The notes below the pieces were generated by a model. That model worked only from the letters and a program-made list of their open reading frames with translations. It was not told where the DNA came from and did no database searches. Below are positions 1 through 14,379 of a stretch of 64,000 nt of DNA, piece by piece. The stretch comes from Octopus vulgaris (Eukaryota), in assembly GCA_951406725.2 (NCBI GenBank), contig OX597839.1, positions 24,242,001 through 24,306,000 of the forward strand, given 5' to 3'. The position numbers were made by a program, and so were the translations under genes. Each line of letters begins with the position of its first letter. Position 1 is the first letter of the stretch.

Positions 1-185
1 AACTACACCTTTTCAGTTTTAAAACCCATAAAAAATTATTTTTGAGTGGTTGTTTTGGGAGGCTGAAACGGATTAATTATATTTTAATTAATTTCAATGG
101 GGGAAAATTGATTCGTAAAACGAGTATATCGTTAAGACGAGCTCAGTCAGGGAACGAATTAAACTCGTACTGCGAGGTATCACTG
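1..185. mobile_element. Terminus of a Tigger/pogo-like (Tc1/mariner superfamily) DNA transposon, cut by the window edge
   Basis: Ends ...AACTCGTACTGCGAGGTATCACTG followed by TA (186-187), resembling the CAGTGGTACCTCG-type TIR plus TA target of Tigger-like elements. Confidence 0.6.
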
Positions 186-515
186 TACGTATATTTGCAG
201 GAATCCGAAATCTTTTAAGAGCTTAGGGCCTTTGTGGGTCTTAACCCGGCACCTGGTCCCTATATGAAATGGGACGAGACAGCGTTTGTCATGGCTTAAC
301 CTACCTACTTCTTTTCACCTCGCTCTAGTGTAAAAAAAAACTGTGATGGATTATTTGCACCACCACGACCACCACCACCCGACCAAACACAACAGAATGA
401 TCGATTGCGGTAACTTGACAACTTATAAACATGTTGTGGCTTGATAGAATTTCCGCTGAAATTATTCGTGTGTATTAAATTATTATATACACGAGCGCTG
501 CGTGTGTACAAGCAT

Positions 516-517
<2 letters not shown>

Positions 518-602
<85 letters not shown>

Positions 603-621
603 GTGTGTGTGTGTGTGTGTG
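518..621. repeat. Compound (GA)n-(GT)n microsatellite
   Basis: Directly visible. Confidence 0.97.
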
Positions 622-638
622 TTTTCTACCATGTACAC

Positions 639-1164
639 CAGGGATGGGGAAACATTTTAGTGCGGCAGGCAAAAAATTTCCATCGAAAAAATGTCCGTGG
701 GCGGATCACAGGTTCCGACTCTAATATCTGTGCAAATCCTGTATATATCTATGTATTATAATTCGATATACATTAATAAAGAGCAATTTAACACATTAAA
801 TTAACGCCTAACATCTTCATTAACGCCGCCACTGGATTTAGGACGTCTATATTACTTATGAGGTATTCTATATTTTTCATCCAGAGTGTACTTGGGTGTC
901 AAGGGGGTGGCACAAACCTAGCAATAGGCGTTTTATAGTGAAAACAAAATTTCCATTCAAATGGCAATTGCCGGACGATTTCTGACCATTTTAAGTCGTA
1001 GTGGAAACGTGACCTATGTCGCAAATAGGTACACGAGTATTGAATAATTTTTATAATTGAAAAATTTACTATATTTTGTACATACGAGTATATCGGCCTG
1101 TGGGCGCAATAAAATGGGCTTAAGGGCGCAATTGCGCCGGCGAGCGGGGTTTCTCCCATCCCTG
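639..1164. mobile_element. Complete hAT (Charlie-like) MITE, 526 bp
   Basis: TIRs CAGGGATGGG(GAAAC) and (GTTTCT)CCCATCCCTG. 8-bp TSD ATGTACAC (631-638) / GTGTACAC (1165-1172) with a central TA. Confidence 0.9.
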
Positions 1165-1681
1165 GTGTACACAAACAACCTTAACAAGCGACTAATAAAT
1201 AATTCGTGTTCTTCTTACACACAAGAGACTTAACCAAAGGTGACTCGGGTGTTCAAAAGTGAGGCAATAACATCAAAGAGCCACTGAAACCACATCTTGT
1301 CAAATCCACTTCTTCAGATGTCAACATTTTCGTCGCAGCGCTGTGACCAAGTCACTGAAGTGATGAATAAATAGTCGACTTAACAGGAAGTTTTCTTTGT
1401 TGATTATAACTGGTGCAAATGCCTCTTTCACGATATTTAATATCGACTTTCTATTTATCTATCTCTTCATGGGGCTGAATCAAACTGTTTTAACTCCTAA
1501 TAAATGTGTTGAGTCTCTCTCTCTCTCTCGTTTGTCCGGTCATCCGTGTACACACACACACAAGCACCTAAGTGCAAAACAAGGTGGGTAAAAAGTACTT
1601 GAATATAAAAGGCAGAGTAATACACTGTTTTAATCAAGTTGGTGAAAATTTTTTCGGCTTTAATAAAATGTGTGTGTGTGA

Positions 1682-2138
<457 letters not shown>

Positions 2139-2142
2139 GAGG

Positions 2143-2303
2143 ACGGGCTTTTTTCAGTTTCTGTCTACCAAATTCACTTAAGAGATTTTGGTCGACCCGG
2201 GGCTATAGTAGGAGACATTTGCCCAAGCTATCATGCAGTGGGACTGAACCCGGAACCATGTGTTTGAGAAGCGAACGTCTTACCACTCAGCCGCGCCTGC
2301 GCC
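2143..2303 (-). mobile_element. SINE family A, 5' half, diverged
   Basis: Homologous to the head of the copies at 18272 and 58524. Confidence 0.85.
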
Positions 2304-3769
2304 TTTGAGCAGTAACTTAACAATATCCAGCAGCTGCCCTTTTCATATTATAGTTGCCTGACTCTCCGATGTATACCCTAATAAGAAAACAGTGATTGAA
2401 CAACCGCCGGTGTTATGCGATCGGTTGAGTCTCAGCATGCGGTTTGCCAGTGAGTACAGGTCACTGACGGAGCACAACGAGAGAGAAATGCGCATCTAGC
2501 ACTCTCGCCGCCGCCAGACGGATTTTCGTCAACTACTGATACATTCATGGTTTTAACATAGCACGTCCGTATGCAATATTCTCTCCGGACAAATACTGCA
2601 GTAAATCTGCCTTTTCGCGGCGTATTTACAGTAAGTATGATACACAGATAAATCATAGTTCTATACCAGTCAGGGGCAACTAGCGGCCCGCAGAACTTTA
2701 AACGGCAGGTCTGACAAAAAAACTACCTTATATTATTTTGTAGTGTGCGGTCTGCTTCTCGAAGTAACCGTTGCCCGTGACTGTTCTGCACCTTCTTTCC
2801 ATCTCTCCTCACTGCCACCTCCACCTCCACCACTTTATCAACCACCAACCGCCCTGGTTTTCTGCTAAGTACAAGAGTTGACCCAACTCATATATAAATC
2901 CGAGTCGTACGTGGCTGATTCCCTCGCTTCTAAGATCACAGGCTTTCATTTTGGGCGGTACCGCTCCCAAGAAGCAAGCTGGGCATATCGGAGGGAGCGT
3001 TAGACTTTAGGGAACAGTGAGATAATATAATTAACATACAACATTTTACCAATGGTAGTAATTATATTCTATATGATAGAACTAGTAACGGTAATTAAAA
3101 TTAAATGAGATCTCATCAGGCACAGGGAAGTCCTTAACTTGCAAAATGTATAAAATAAATTTACAACGTCTTAATTTTTTTTATCATTTTACTGTTAGAA
3201 ATTTATACAATCCATTTTTAAAGGAAAATTTATAAATTACCGTCTTATGTTAAGTTACTTTAGTCGTGATAACTGACTCGTCACTTTGGTGGGAGCAAGG
3301 CATAACAACTTAAAAGGCGGATACTACAAAAAAAGGGGGGACGACCACTGTAGTGAATGGTTACATCATTTTACATAGCAGAATTCCAGGAACCGTGATT
3401 TCTCTGCCCCCCCCCCCACATCTCTCCACCACGTTTTTCATTTTACTGTATCGTGACTACACACGCCATTAACATCCGTGTAGATAAATCATCATCATCA
3501 TTTAAACAAGTAGAAACCCGTGTGTTTTTACACCCAGCCCCATCACCACGAGTAATAAATATCCAATCAGTTAATTACTTATGGTAAACTGTACGTCGCT
3601 TAGCGGTTCGGCAAAAGGGACCGATAGAATAAGTACTGGGCTTACAAAGAATAAGTCCCGGGGTCGATGTATGTAATTGGGATTAATTAAACAAAATACA
3701 TTCCTTTTTCTCGTTTAACAATTCAAATTTTGACCGACAGTTTTTCGGGGTGGAAGGCGGCGATTGACA

Positions 3770-4050
3770 ATTAACAGGGAGTTTGTTTTATCGACCCCGA
3801 AAGAGATGAATGGCGAAGTTAACCTCGGTCCATAAAGAAACAGAAGAAATACTGTTAAACATACTCAACCAATTCTTTCCAGCTTGGCCGCCTTCGGGGT
3901 GGGGCGGGGATAGGCTAACTGATTATATTGGCCCCGGGAGGAGGAAAAGCAAAAGTCAACCTCGGCGGAATTTTGACTCAGAACGTAAAGACGGACGAAA
4001 TGCCACAAAGCATTTTGTCCGGCGTGAAGACGATTCTGCCAGCTCGCTGT
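3770..4050 (-). mobile_element. SINE family B, two diverged partial copies
   Basis: TATCGACCCCGAAAG...AAAGTCAACCTCGGCGGAATT...CAGAACGTAAAGACGG shared with other B copies. Confidence 0.75.
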
Positions 4051-4133
4051 CTTCTTTATCATTTAATAATAAAATATACAATTATAGATATATACACCCA
4101 GACGGTGTGTATGTGTGTGTGTATACAAACACA

Positions 4134-4451
4134 TGAAGAGGTGCTAAAAAGTTCCTGTCTTTAAGGGTATCGCAGAAGGCCAGGTTTGAGGCCCAACATC
4201 CCCAGTTTTTTTTTACAGTGCTTAGAAAGACTGAAGGACCATTGCAATAAGTAATACCAGGGTGTCACGAAAGGCCTGGTTGGAGGCCCAACATTTCGAG
4301 TTCTTTTACAGGGCTTAGAAAAACTGAAGGACTGCTGCAATAAGTGTGAGAATCTGAGCGGAGGGGAATATGTTGAATGAAATCATAATTAACTTATCCT
4401 CATCCTGTCTTTTCTTTTACTGAAAGCCAGGAACTTTTCAGCACCACTACA
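4134..4451 (+). mobile_element. Non-autonomous mariner element retaining the transposase C-terminus
   Basis: TIRs GGTGCTAAAAAGTTCCTG / CAGGAACTTTTCAGCACC. The interior translates as LQGLEKLKDCCNKCENLSGGEYVE*, like the mariner transposase end, and has a ~95-bp internal tandem duplication. A second right-end fragment lies at 4651-4742. Confidence 0.8.
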
Positions 4452-4552
4452 TATATACATATATATAGTTGAAATTTACAGAAAAACAAAAGAAGACAGA
4501 TGTATAAACATCAAGCAGGTGTATTAGTTTGACGCTCTAGAAAGTAAGAAAG

Positions 4553-4590
4553 CCTTTTATGTTTCGAGCCTATGCTCTTCAACAGAAAGG
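4553..4590 (-). ncRNA. Minimal type-I hammerhead-ribozyme-like motif (Penelope-type), degenerate
   Basis: Minus strand CCTTT-CTGTTGA-A-GAGC-ATAG-GCTC-GAAAC-ATA-AAAGG: 5-bp stem I, 4-bp stem II, core boxes with one substitution. Confidence 0.6.
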
Positions 4591-6557
4591 AATAAGAGAA
4601 AATAAACAGAGAGAGAATTTAAAAAAAAACTCGTGGATTTAGCAATCATGAGAGCGGGATATATTGAATAAAAATCATAATTAACTGATCCTCCTGTGTT
4701 TTCTTTTGCCCAAAGCCAGGAGTTTTCCAGCAACCCCGTCATACATACATACATACATACATACAAGGGCAGCAGTTATGAAAAGAGGAGGGACAAGTCG
4801 ACTACATCGTCTCCAGTATTTTATTTTATCGATCTCAGAGGGACGAAAGCTATAAAAGTTCGCCATGGTAGAATTTGAATTCAGAACATTACGAGTCGAT
4901 ACAAATACAGCAGAACAAAACTCGCCGACGCTCTTTTATCGATTCTGCCAAACCCTTGCCCTAACAACAACAACAACAACAGCAGCAATTTTTTTAAAAC
5001 TGTTCCTGCTGCTCTACGTACATTCATCGATTAACTGATTCGGCTCAATCAAGTACTGTAAGACAAGAGGTCGAAGTTCGATTCACATGTCATTTATATG
5101 TCTGTGTGTCGCACAGCTGTAAATGGATCGCATACATCAAGCCTGACACGGCACCAGCTGCGACACGACGGACACGGGGCACACAAAAGCCAGGAGATGG
5201 CTATGCAATGGTGTACGAAGAATGACTAACGACGATCCAGCAGATCAATGATCGAGTGTTCCGGCCGTGACCATCCCGCAAATTTTGGGCGTATTGAAAA
5301 GGAATAATATTCTACATTATTTTGAGCGTCACTAGTGTTTTGCAGAGCTATGCATAAAGGCTTCGTGTTTGTTTGTTTGTGTGCGCGCGCGTTATTCCCA
5401 TGGCAGCAAGTATTCATGACTTCCGGTGCGCCTGGCAAGTGAGGCTACCGACAGGCTAAAATTGCATCATTTCACATGCTTGCAACATTTTATTATTATT
5501 ATTTTCTAGAAGAAAAAAAAATATATATATATAATAAATAACAGTAATGCGATTTTCGTCATCAGCATACAAAATGACACCAGAACTACATGTTCTGAAA
5601 ATAATCTGGTGAAAATTTGAAAAGCTCAAAGTGGTTGGAGCAAATTTAAGAAGCTAGCTTTCTCTCTCTCACTCACATGTTTGTGTGTGTGTATGAAAGA
5701 ATACGCGCAGCTATTCTAGAAACAGCTGTAATAGACTTAATGCACAACCTCTTGCTCCCTCATTTATATCCCTTTTATACCAACAACTCCATTGTAACTA
5801 CTCCACAATTATGCTTAAATTATAAACTGTCTGCTCTAAAGTGAAATTACATGCTTTGCCTGTTCATACTTTCGTCCTAATATAATTTCATCTTCCCGCT
5901 CAATGATGAACGACTTATAGCAGCTATTCGTGGCTAACCAGCTACAACATCACTTTTTGTTTTAGTTGCAATTCAAGTCAGGGCTTTTAGTGGTAAACCA
6001 ACACCTGAGCACTTATTGTACATATCTATTATGTCGTTAGACACAATTTTATCTGTACTTTATATATATATGTATAGTCTGCGACTATAGTCGAAAACGC
6101 CTGCCCAAGGTACCACGCAGTGAGTCTGAATCCGGAATCATACTTCTTATTTCTTTATTGCCCACAAGGGGCTAAATATAAAGGGGACAAACAAGGACAG
6201 ACAAAGGGATTAAGTCGAAGCAAACTTCTTACCACACAGCCACACTTGCACCTGTTCATTATTTTCAATCAGGAAGCAGAAAGGTGCCCATCGCCCTTTG
6301 GATATCCAGGGTCTCCGAAACTGAGGAAGGGAAGAAGGTATCCTCAATCCAGAAACCTGATCACCACAGTACGGGCTCCACTAAAAGCCCTCATTGAGTT
6401 TAAGGTGTGAGGGTTAAACCAAGGGACTGATTAAATGCATCTATCAAGTAAGCCACGGTGTAATTTGAACGCAGAGAGGCCCAACAACCGACGCTCAAAC
6501 GATTCCACAAATCCAGTTATGAACTGCTGCTTTCATATTATATATTATTCGAAGTGT

Positions 6558-6700
6558 GGAGGCGCGTGGCTGAGTGGTTAGGGTGTTGGACTTGATTGTG
6601 GTTTCAATCCCTGGACCGGGTGACGCGTTGTGTTCTTGAGCAAAACACTTCATTTCACGTTGCTCCGGTCCACTCAGCTGGCAAAACTGAGTTTAGCCTG
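6558..6700 (+). mobile_element. SINE family C-type head fragment
   Basis: GGAGGCGCGTGGCTGAGTGGTTAGG...GGTTTCAATCCC...GTGTTCTTGAGCAAAACACTT. Confidence 0.75.
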
Positions 6701-6784
6701 GAAAGGGATGAGCTCCGCCAGGCTTTCTCGCCCTAGATACACTGCATGGCTGCAACGCCCCTCAAGAGGTTAAGGGACTTGTCA

Positions 6785-7106
6785 ATTATCTATTAGATGG
6801 AGTGATACCCTCACCTTGTTTGCTGCTTTTCACTACATTTCGACCACTGTACGCTCCAGCCTTCTACAAGTGTCTTGTAATTCAACTTAGTGCCTTGGCT
6901 GAGATTGAACTTAGAACTTCTGGGTGACTGCACTGCATTAACCTACGCTGACGTACGGCATGAGTGGAGGTTTACAAGCCTTAAAACATCGCTCGGACAC
7001 AGAGTTAATGCGGTGAAGACACCTGAAGAAGGCTGGAGAATACAAGGCCGAAAGGTAGTGAAAATTAACAATCAAGGTGAGGACGCCACTCAGATTAACA
7101 CATAAT
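6785..7106. mobile_element. Penelope-like element relic: inverted pair of hammerhead-bearing terminal repeats
   Basis: 6809-6876 is a diverged reverse complement of 7016-7082, which contains CAC-CTGAAGA-A-GGCT..GGCC-GAAA-GGTA-GTG. Confidence 0.6.
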
Positions 7107-7675
7107 ATTAAAAATTCCTCATTTCAGAAATGCACAATTGCTGCTTTTCTTTAAATTTTATTTTATCAAACCACGCAAAAATCAAAAGCTACATTATCAT
7201 GGCAAGATTTGAACTCGGATACACGCTTAACTGGGATAAACTGCATGAAACATTTTCATCCAACCTTTTAACACCCTCCGCTAATTTCACCAGAGTAAAA
7301 TGCTTCGTAAACCTTTTTAGTTTGAATTCCCTGCATTCTGAATTCAAATACAACCGAAGTCAACTTTGCTCTTCATCATCCCCGAGTTGAGAATACAAGC
7401 CCCATTCCCCAGTCAAGTACTTGGGTCAATTCAATCGACCACACCCTCTCCTCTCTCTCTCACATGTGCACCATGTCATCCTCTCCAATTTTATGCCAAG
7501 AGGCAAAAACGGTTGAAGATCTCGAAGTCATCACCAGAAACTACTTCAGCTCTCCAAGATCTTTTTTCTTGTGTTTTTTTTTTAATTCTTAAATTTCGAA
7601 CTCCTTCAGAGGTAAGACATTATTTTAATTTCACGTGGAAACAGTTACAATGCTGTACTGGGTTGGGTTTAGGTT

Positions 7676-7679
7676 AGAA

Positions 7680-7740
<61 letters not shown>

Positions 7741-8160
7741 AAGTGTGAGCGCGTGTGTGTGCATAGGGTGATAAAGAGAGAATGGAAGGTTAAGAGAAAG
7801 AGACAGAGGTGAAATGGAAAGAGATTGAGAGAAGACATGGGCGTAAATGAGGAGAGAGAGAGAGAGATTATTAGGAAGAGGGAGAGGTGGAGACAGGTGT
7901 TGTAAAACAAAGGGAGGTAACTGAAGGAGACAAGATTGAAAAGGGAGAAGAGATTAAGAGAGAATGAAAGAGAGAGAGAGAGAGAGAGAGATTATAAGGA
8001 AGGGAGAGAAGATTGAGAGAGAAAGAGGCTGTATAAAAGGGGAGGTAACTGAAGGAGAGACACGACTGAAAAAGCGGAAAAGAGAGAGAGAGAGAGACAG
8101 AGACAGAGAGAGACAGAGAGAGAGAGAGACAGAGAAGTAGTAAAGAGAAAGAAGAGAGTG
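7676..8160. repeat. GA-rich polypurine low-complexity tract
   Basis: Directly visible. Similar tracts at 8637-8890, 36095-36256, 53905-54340 and 59970-61020. Confidence 0.9.
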
Positions 8161-8365
8161 TAAAAGAAAATCGGGAACAAGGAAAGAAGCGGTGTTGAAT
8201 GATGGTGGCGTTGGGAGTGGTGGTGGTGCAGGTGGTGATGTCGTTGATAGCAGCGTTGGTGTTGTTGGTTTCTTGTGTCTGAAATCATCCGTAAAGGATT
8301 GTAAAGTAATTAAGTGTTAGGAGATAGTTGCTGGTGGCAACAAAAGCGACGACGAGCAACACGAC

Positions 8366-8399
<34 letters not shown>

Positions 8400-9207
8400 G
8401 GGGAGATGGACCCTGGTTAATGGTGGTGGTGGTGGTGGTGGTGGTGGTGCGCTAAATCCGAATGTGACAATGAGAAAAGGAGTGTTCAATTAGCGAGAGT
8501 CCAGCTGAACGGAAATTTACAGGATACCGCTTCATTTGATCACAGGTCTTGGACAATTTAGCTGTGAGCAGCGAGACGGCGGCGATGTTGGCGATGCTGA
8601 TGGTGCAGTGAAGCCTACGAGGGACATGCGCTATTGTGAGAGAGAGAGAAAGAGAGAGAGAGATATAGAGAGGAGAGAGTGAAAGAGAGAGAGGGAGGGT
8701 GAAAGTGAAAGAGAGAGAGGGAGGGTGAAAAGAGAGAGAGAGTGGGAGGGAGAAAGAGAGAGTGAAAGAGAGAGAGCGGGAGAAACAGAGAGAGAAAGAG
8801 AGAGAGGGGGAGAAAGAGAGAGAGGGGGAGAAAGAGAGACAGAGAGAGAGAGAGACACACACACACACAGAGAAAGAGAGAGAGAGAGAGTTGTACACTT
8901 TCCGGCCAAGAAGCAGCGACAATGGCGCGGGTTTTTGTCAAAGATTACATTGGTGGGTCCCCCGTCCCCCCGGCCCCACCGCCGCTCTTTCTCCATCGAA
9001 GTTGTTGGATCTGTGGTGACGATCGCAGACGCAGTTAGAAAATAAGGAAAAAAAGAGAAAAAACTGCGAGTAGGTTCCCAGGGGAGGGTGGGGGGCGACG
9101 GTGAAAGGAAGGACGAGTGAAGAATAAATAAAAAAAAAGGTGGAATGTAGCGGTGACGGGGAAACAACGGGAAAGGAATTAATGGCACAAATGTGGCACT
9201 GATGATT

Positions 9208-9589
9208 TACTCTTTTCCTTGTTTCAGTCATTTGACTGCGGCCATGCTGGAGCACCGCCTTTAGTCGAGCAACTCGACCCCAGGACTTATTCTTTGTAAG
9301 CCCAGTACTTATATCTATCGGTCTCTTTTGCCGAATCGCTAAGTAACCGGGACGTAAACACACCAGCATCGGTTGTCAAGCAATGCTAGGGGGACAAACA
9401 CACACACACACACACACACATACATATATACGACAGGCTTCTTTCAGTTTCCGTCTACCAAATCCACTCACAAGGCATTGGTCGGCCCGAGGCTATAGCA
9501 GAAGACACTTGCCCAAGATGCCACGCAGTGGGACTGAACCCGGAACCATGTGGTTGGTTAGCAAGCTACTTACCACACAGCCACTCCTG
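9208..9589 (-). mobile_element. SINE family A, near full length, young
   Basis: tRNA-like head (TGGCTGTGTGG A box, GGTTCAGTCCC B box), GGATTTGGTAGACGGAAACTG body, internal (TA)(TG) repeat, 3' stem-loop CAGTC-AAAT-GACTG and GTAAAAGA-type tail. Confidence 0.93.
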
Positions 9590-9599
9590 GGTCAGAAAC

Positions 9600-10240
9600 G
9601 CTGATTTTAAATTTTGGCACAAGGCCAGCAATTTCGGGAGGGGTGGGGGCTAATTGATTGCATCGACCCCAGTGTTCAACAGGTACTCATTTTATCAACC
9701 CAGAAAGGATGAAAAGCAAAGTCGACCTCAACGGAATTTGAAGTCAGAGCGTGGAGACGGACGAAATGTCGCCAAGCATTATTGTCCGGCATGCTAACGA
9801 TTTTACCAACTCGATGCATTCCTTCGGCCAAATACTAACTTCAAAATTTGGCACGAGGCCAGCAATTTCAGAGGAGGGAATGAGTCGATTACATCGACGA
9901 CCTCAGCGCTCAATTCCTACTTAATTTATCGACCCCCGAAACGATGAAAAGCAAAGTCGACCTCGGCGGAATTTGAACTCAAAACGTAAAGACAAGACAA
10001 AATGCCGCTAAGCATTTTCCCCAACGCGGAATCGATTCTGCTAGCTCGCTGCCTGACCTCTAGATAATTGCTTCAAATTTTGACACAAGGTCAGCAATCT
10101 TGGGGCAGGGAGTAAGTCGATAACATCGACCCCAGTGCGTTACTGGTACTTATTTTATCGACCCCGCCGAAAGGATGAAATGCAAGGTCAGCCTCGGCGG
10201 AATTTGAACACAGAACGTACATACAGACGAACCTTCGGCC
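9600..10240 (-). mobile_element. Head-to-tail cluster of three SINE family B copies
   Basis: The motif ATCGACCCCAGTG...TTTATCGACCCC..AAAGGATGAAA recurs three times at ~230-bp spacing. Confidence 0.85.
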
Positions 10241-10617
10241 AAATATTAGTAAACCAAAATATGTCTCTTTAATAATTTTGAAGAATTGGCATGTAATGCA
10301 ACGAATTCTTCTCCCGCAAAATTACGTCCGAGCAGGTAAGTACCTGTCAACTGAGTCACAGGTCAAGTGATGTTAATGGCAGCCAGCAATCCCCAGCTTC
10401 CCTTCTTCTTCACCGTCCACACCTGCCTTGGTTCCATATTCAATTCTCTTATCAGCAAGCGAATGCTATCAAGACATCCGAGACGGCTTTCCTTTGCAAG
10501 CTCATTAATCGCTTCGTGAGTTCTCAATTAAGAGCAGTAATTAGGAATAAATTAACCCGTCAAATCCAATGAAAAACTCAATTTGGCCCGACTTCCTATC
10601 GTTGTCTTTCACCGTTT

Positions 10618-10947
10618 ATCTTTTACCTGTTTCAGTCATCAGACTGCGGCCATGCTGGGGCACCGCCTTGAAGAACTTTCACTCAAATGAATCGACCCCA
10701 GTACTTATTTTATCGGTCTCTTTTGCCGAACCGCTTGTGAAGCGGTGGCGGAGACAAAGACAAACACACATATATGTATATATACAACAGGCTTCTTTCA
10801 GTTTCCGTCTACCAAATTCACTCACAATGCTTTGGTAGGCCCTAGGCAATAGTAGAAGACACTCACCAAAGATGGCACGCAGTGGTCCTGAACCCGGAAC
10901 CATGTGGCTGGGACACAAGCTTCTCATCACACAGCCACGCCTGCGCC
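10618..10947 (-). mobile_element. SINE family A, older copy (further fragment at 11006-11150)
   Basis: Homologous to young copies, with internal deletions. Confidence 0.85.
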
Positions 10948-11174
10948 GATAAAGAATATGGGACGCTTCACCAATCTGCGTGCCATCTTTGTGCAGGACA
11001 CACACGACAGGCTTCTTTCTGTTTCCATTTTTGGGGGGGGGGGGGGCTCGAAGCTATAATAGAAAACACTTGCCCAATGTACATACAACTTAGCGAGACT
11101 GAACCAGGAACCATGCGATTGGGCAGCAAGCTTCTTACCACACAACCACAAATGTGTGTGTGTGTGTGTATCTC

Positions 11175-11552
11175 TCTTTACTCTTTACTCTTTTACTTGT
11201 TTCAGTCATTTGACTGCGGCCATGCTGGAGCACCGCCTTTAGTCGAGCAGCTCGACCCCGGGACTTATTCTTTTTGTAAGCCCAGTACTTATTCTATCGG
11301 TCTCCTTTTGCCGAACCGCATCGGTTGTCAAGCAATGCTAGGGGAACAAAGACAGACACACAAACACACACACATATACATATATACGACAGGCTTCTTT
11401 TCAGTTTCCGTCTACCAAATCCACTCACAAGGCATTGGTCGGCCCGGGGCTATAGCAGAAGACACTTGCCCAAGATGCCACGCAGTGGGACTGAACCCGG
11501 AACCATGTGGTTGGTTAGCAAGCTACTTACCACACAGCCACCCCTGCGCCCA

Positions 11553-11589
<37 letters not shown>

Positions 11590-11756
11590 TACGACAGGCT
11601 TCTTTTTCAGTTTCCGTCTACCAAATCCACTCACAAGGCATTGGTCGGCCCGGGGCTATAGCAGAAGACACTTGCCCAAGATGCCACGCAGTGGGACTGA
11701 ACCCGGAACCATGTGGTTGGTTAGCAAGCTACTTACCACACAGCCACTCCTGCGCC
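11175..11756 (-). mobile_element. SINE family A with a tandemly duplicated 5' half
   Basis: 11375-11556 is repeated almost identically at 11582-11762, including the flank CAGTGTAT. Confidence 0.93.
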
Positions 11757-11759
11757 CAG

Positions 11760-12366
<607 letters not shown>

Positions 12367-12679
12367 GCAATAGACAGTAAACTACAGAGAATTGCCCGTT
12401 CTTCATCCAATAAATATTTGTTCGTCGGACTCACTAATACGGGTAATGGTGTGAAAACATTGGAATGAAACAATGTTTACCAAATAAACAAAATCCAACT
12501 GAGTGTTCCAACCAAATCAACCATTTCCTGGTTTTCCATTTTGTTCTATTTCGTTTCTTTGTTTCATTTATTTAGTCACAGAAGCTGATCCGAAAAGCAG
12601 ACGTTCGCCCCTGAAATGGTTTCAGACTTTTTTTTTTCCCTTTTTCCTTGTATGAAAAAAGCACTTCAAATCGGTTTAT

Positions 12680-13420
<741 letters not shown>

Positions 13421-13867
13421 GCAGTCAATAGCTCTCGCGGCCCCTCCCCCATATTAACATGACGCAGTACGAAACGATTGCTAGGCAAAGGATGTGTTCT
13501 TGTTAAACTGAATCAAAAGCCATTAAAATGGAAGCACTCCGCGAGGAATTCGTTCAATGCTTCCGCGTACAATTGCCAGCATTAGTTAATCTACCAAAAG
13601 TCTTTTATTCGACACAGCCACATATTAGCCAGATCCCAATCGGCACCCTTTACGCAAATGCAGTTTTTGCAAGAATTGCCGCAACAAAAACCCCCGGAAT
13701 TCATTGCGGATTAGTAGAAAGAATTTCCACCACCCACCCCTAATAATAATAATAACACTTCAACTCGACTCAGACAGGAAGGAATAATATTAAAACAGAA
13801 GCTTCGTTAGCACAATTAATCTGGGAATTATTATTATTAATAATAATAACATTTCTTCTTCTTCTTC

Positions 13868-14379
13868 TTAATAATAATAATAATAATGATGATAATAACA
13901 ATAATAATAACAATAATAAATAATAATAATAACAATAATAATAATAATAACAATAATAATAATAATAATAACGATGATAATAATAATAATAACAGTAATA
14001 ATAATAATAATAATGATAACGATGATGATAATAATAATAATAACAATAATAACAATAATAATAAAAATAATAATAATAATAACAACAATAATAATGATAA
14101 TAATAATGATAATAATAATAATAATAATGATAATAATAATAATAATAACAATAATAATAATAACAATAATAATAATAACAATAATAATGATAAAAATAAT
14201 AATGATAATAATAATAATAACAATAATAATAATAATAATAATGACAATAATAATAATAATAATAATGATAATAATAATAACAATGATAATGATAATGATA
14301 ATAATAACAATAATAATAATAATAGTAATAATAATAATAATAATGATAATAATAACAATAATATAATAATAATAATAAT
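13868..14379. repeat. (AAT)n tract with AAC/GAT variants, ~510 bp
   Basis: Directly visible. The poly-N/I/L ORFs are artefacts. Confidence 0.98.

Noticed and set aside
5050-5640. GC-richer unique block with a possible DNA-transposon subterminal motif (GATTTTCGTCATCAGC)
   Set aside because: No TIR pair or TSD found; cannot classify.
9383-9604. Recurrent peptides such as [29 protein letters not shown]
   Set aside because: Chance translation of SINE A repeated across the window; not a gene family.
10333-10341. Perfect plus-strand donor CAG|GTAAGT
   Set aside because: No convincing upstream acceptor or reading frame; a SINE lies just upstream.
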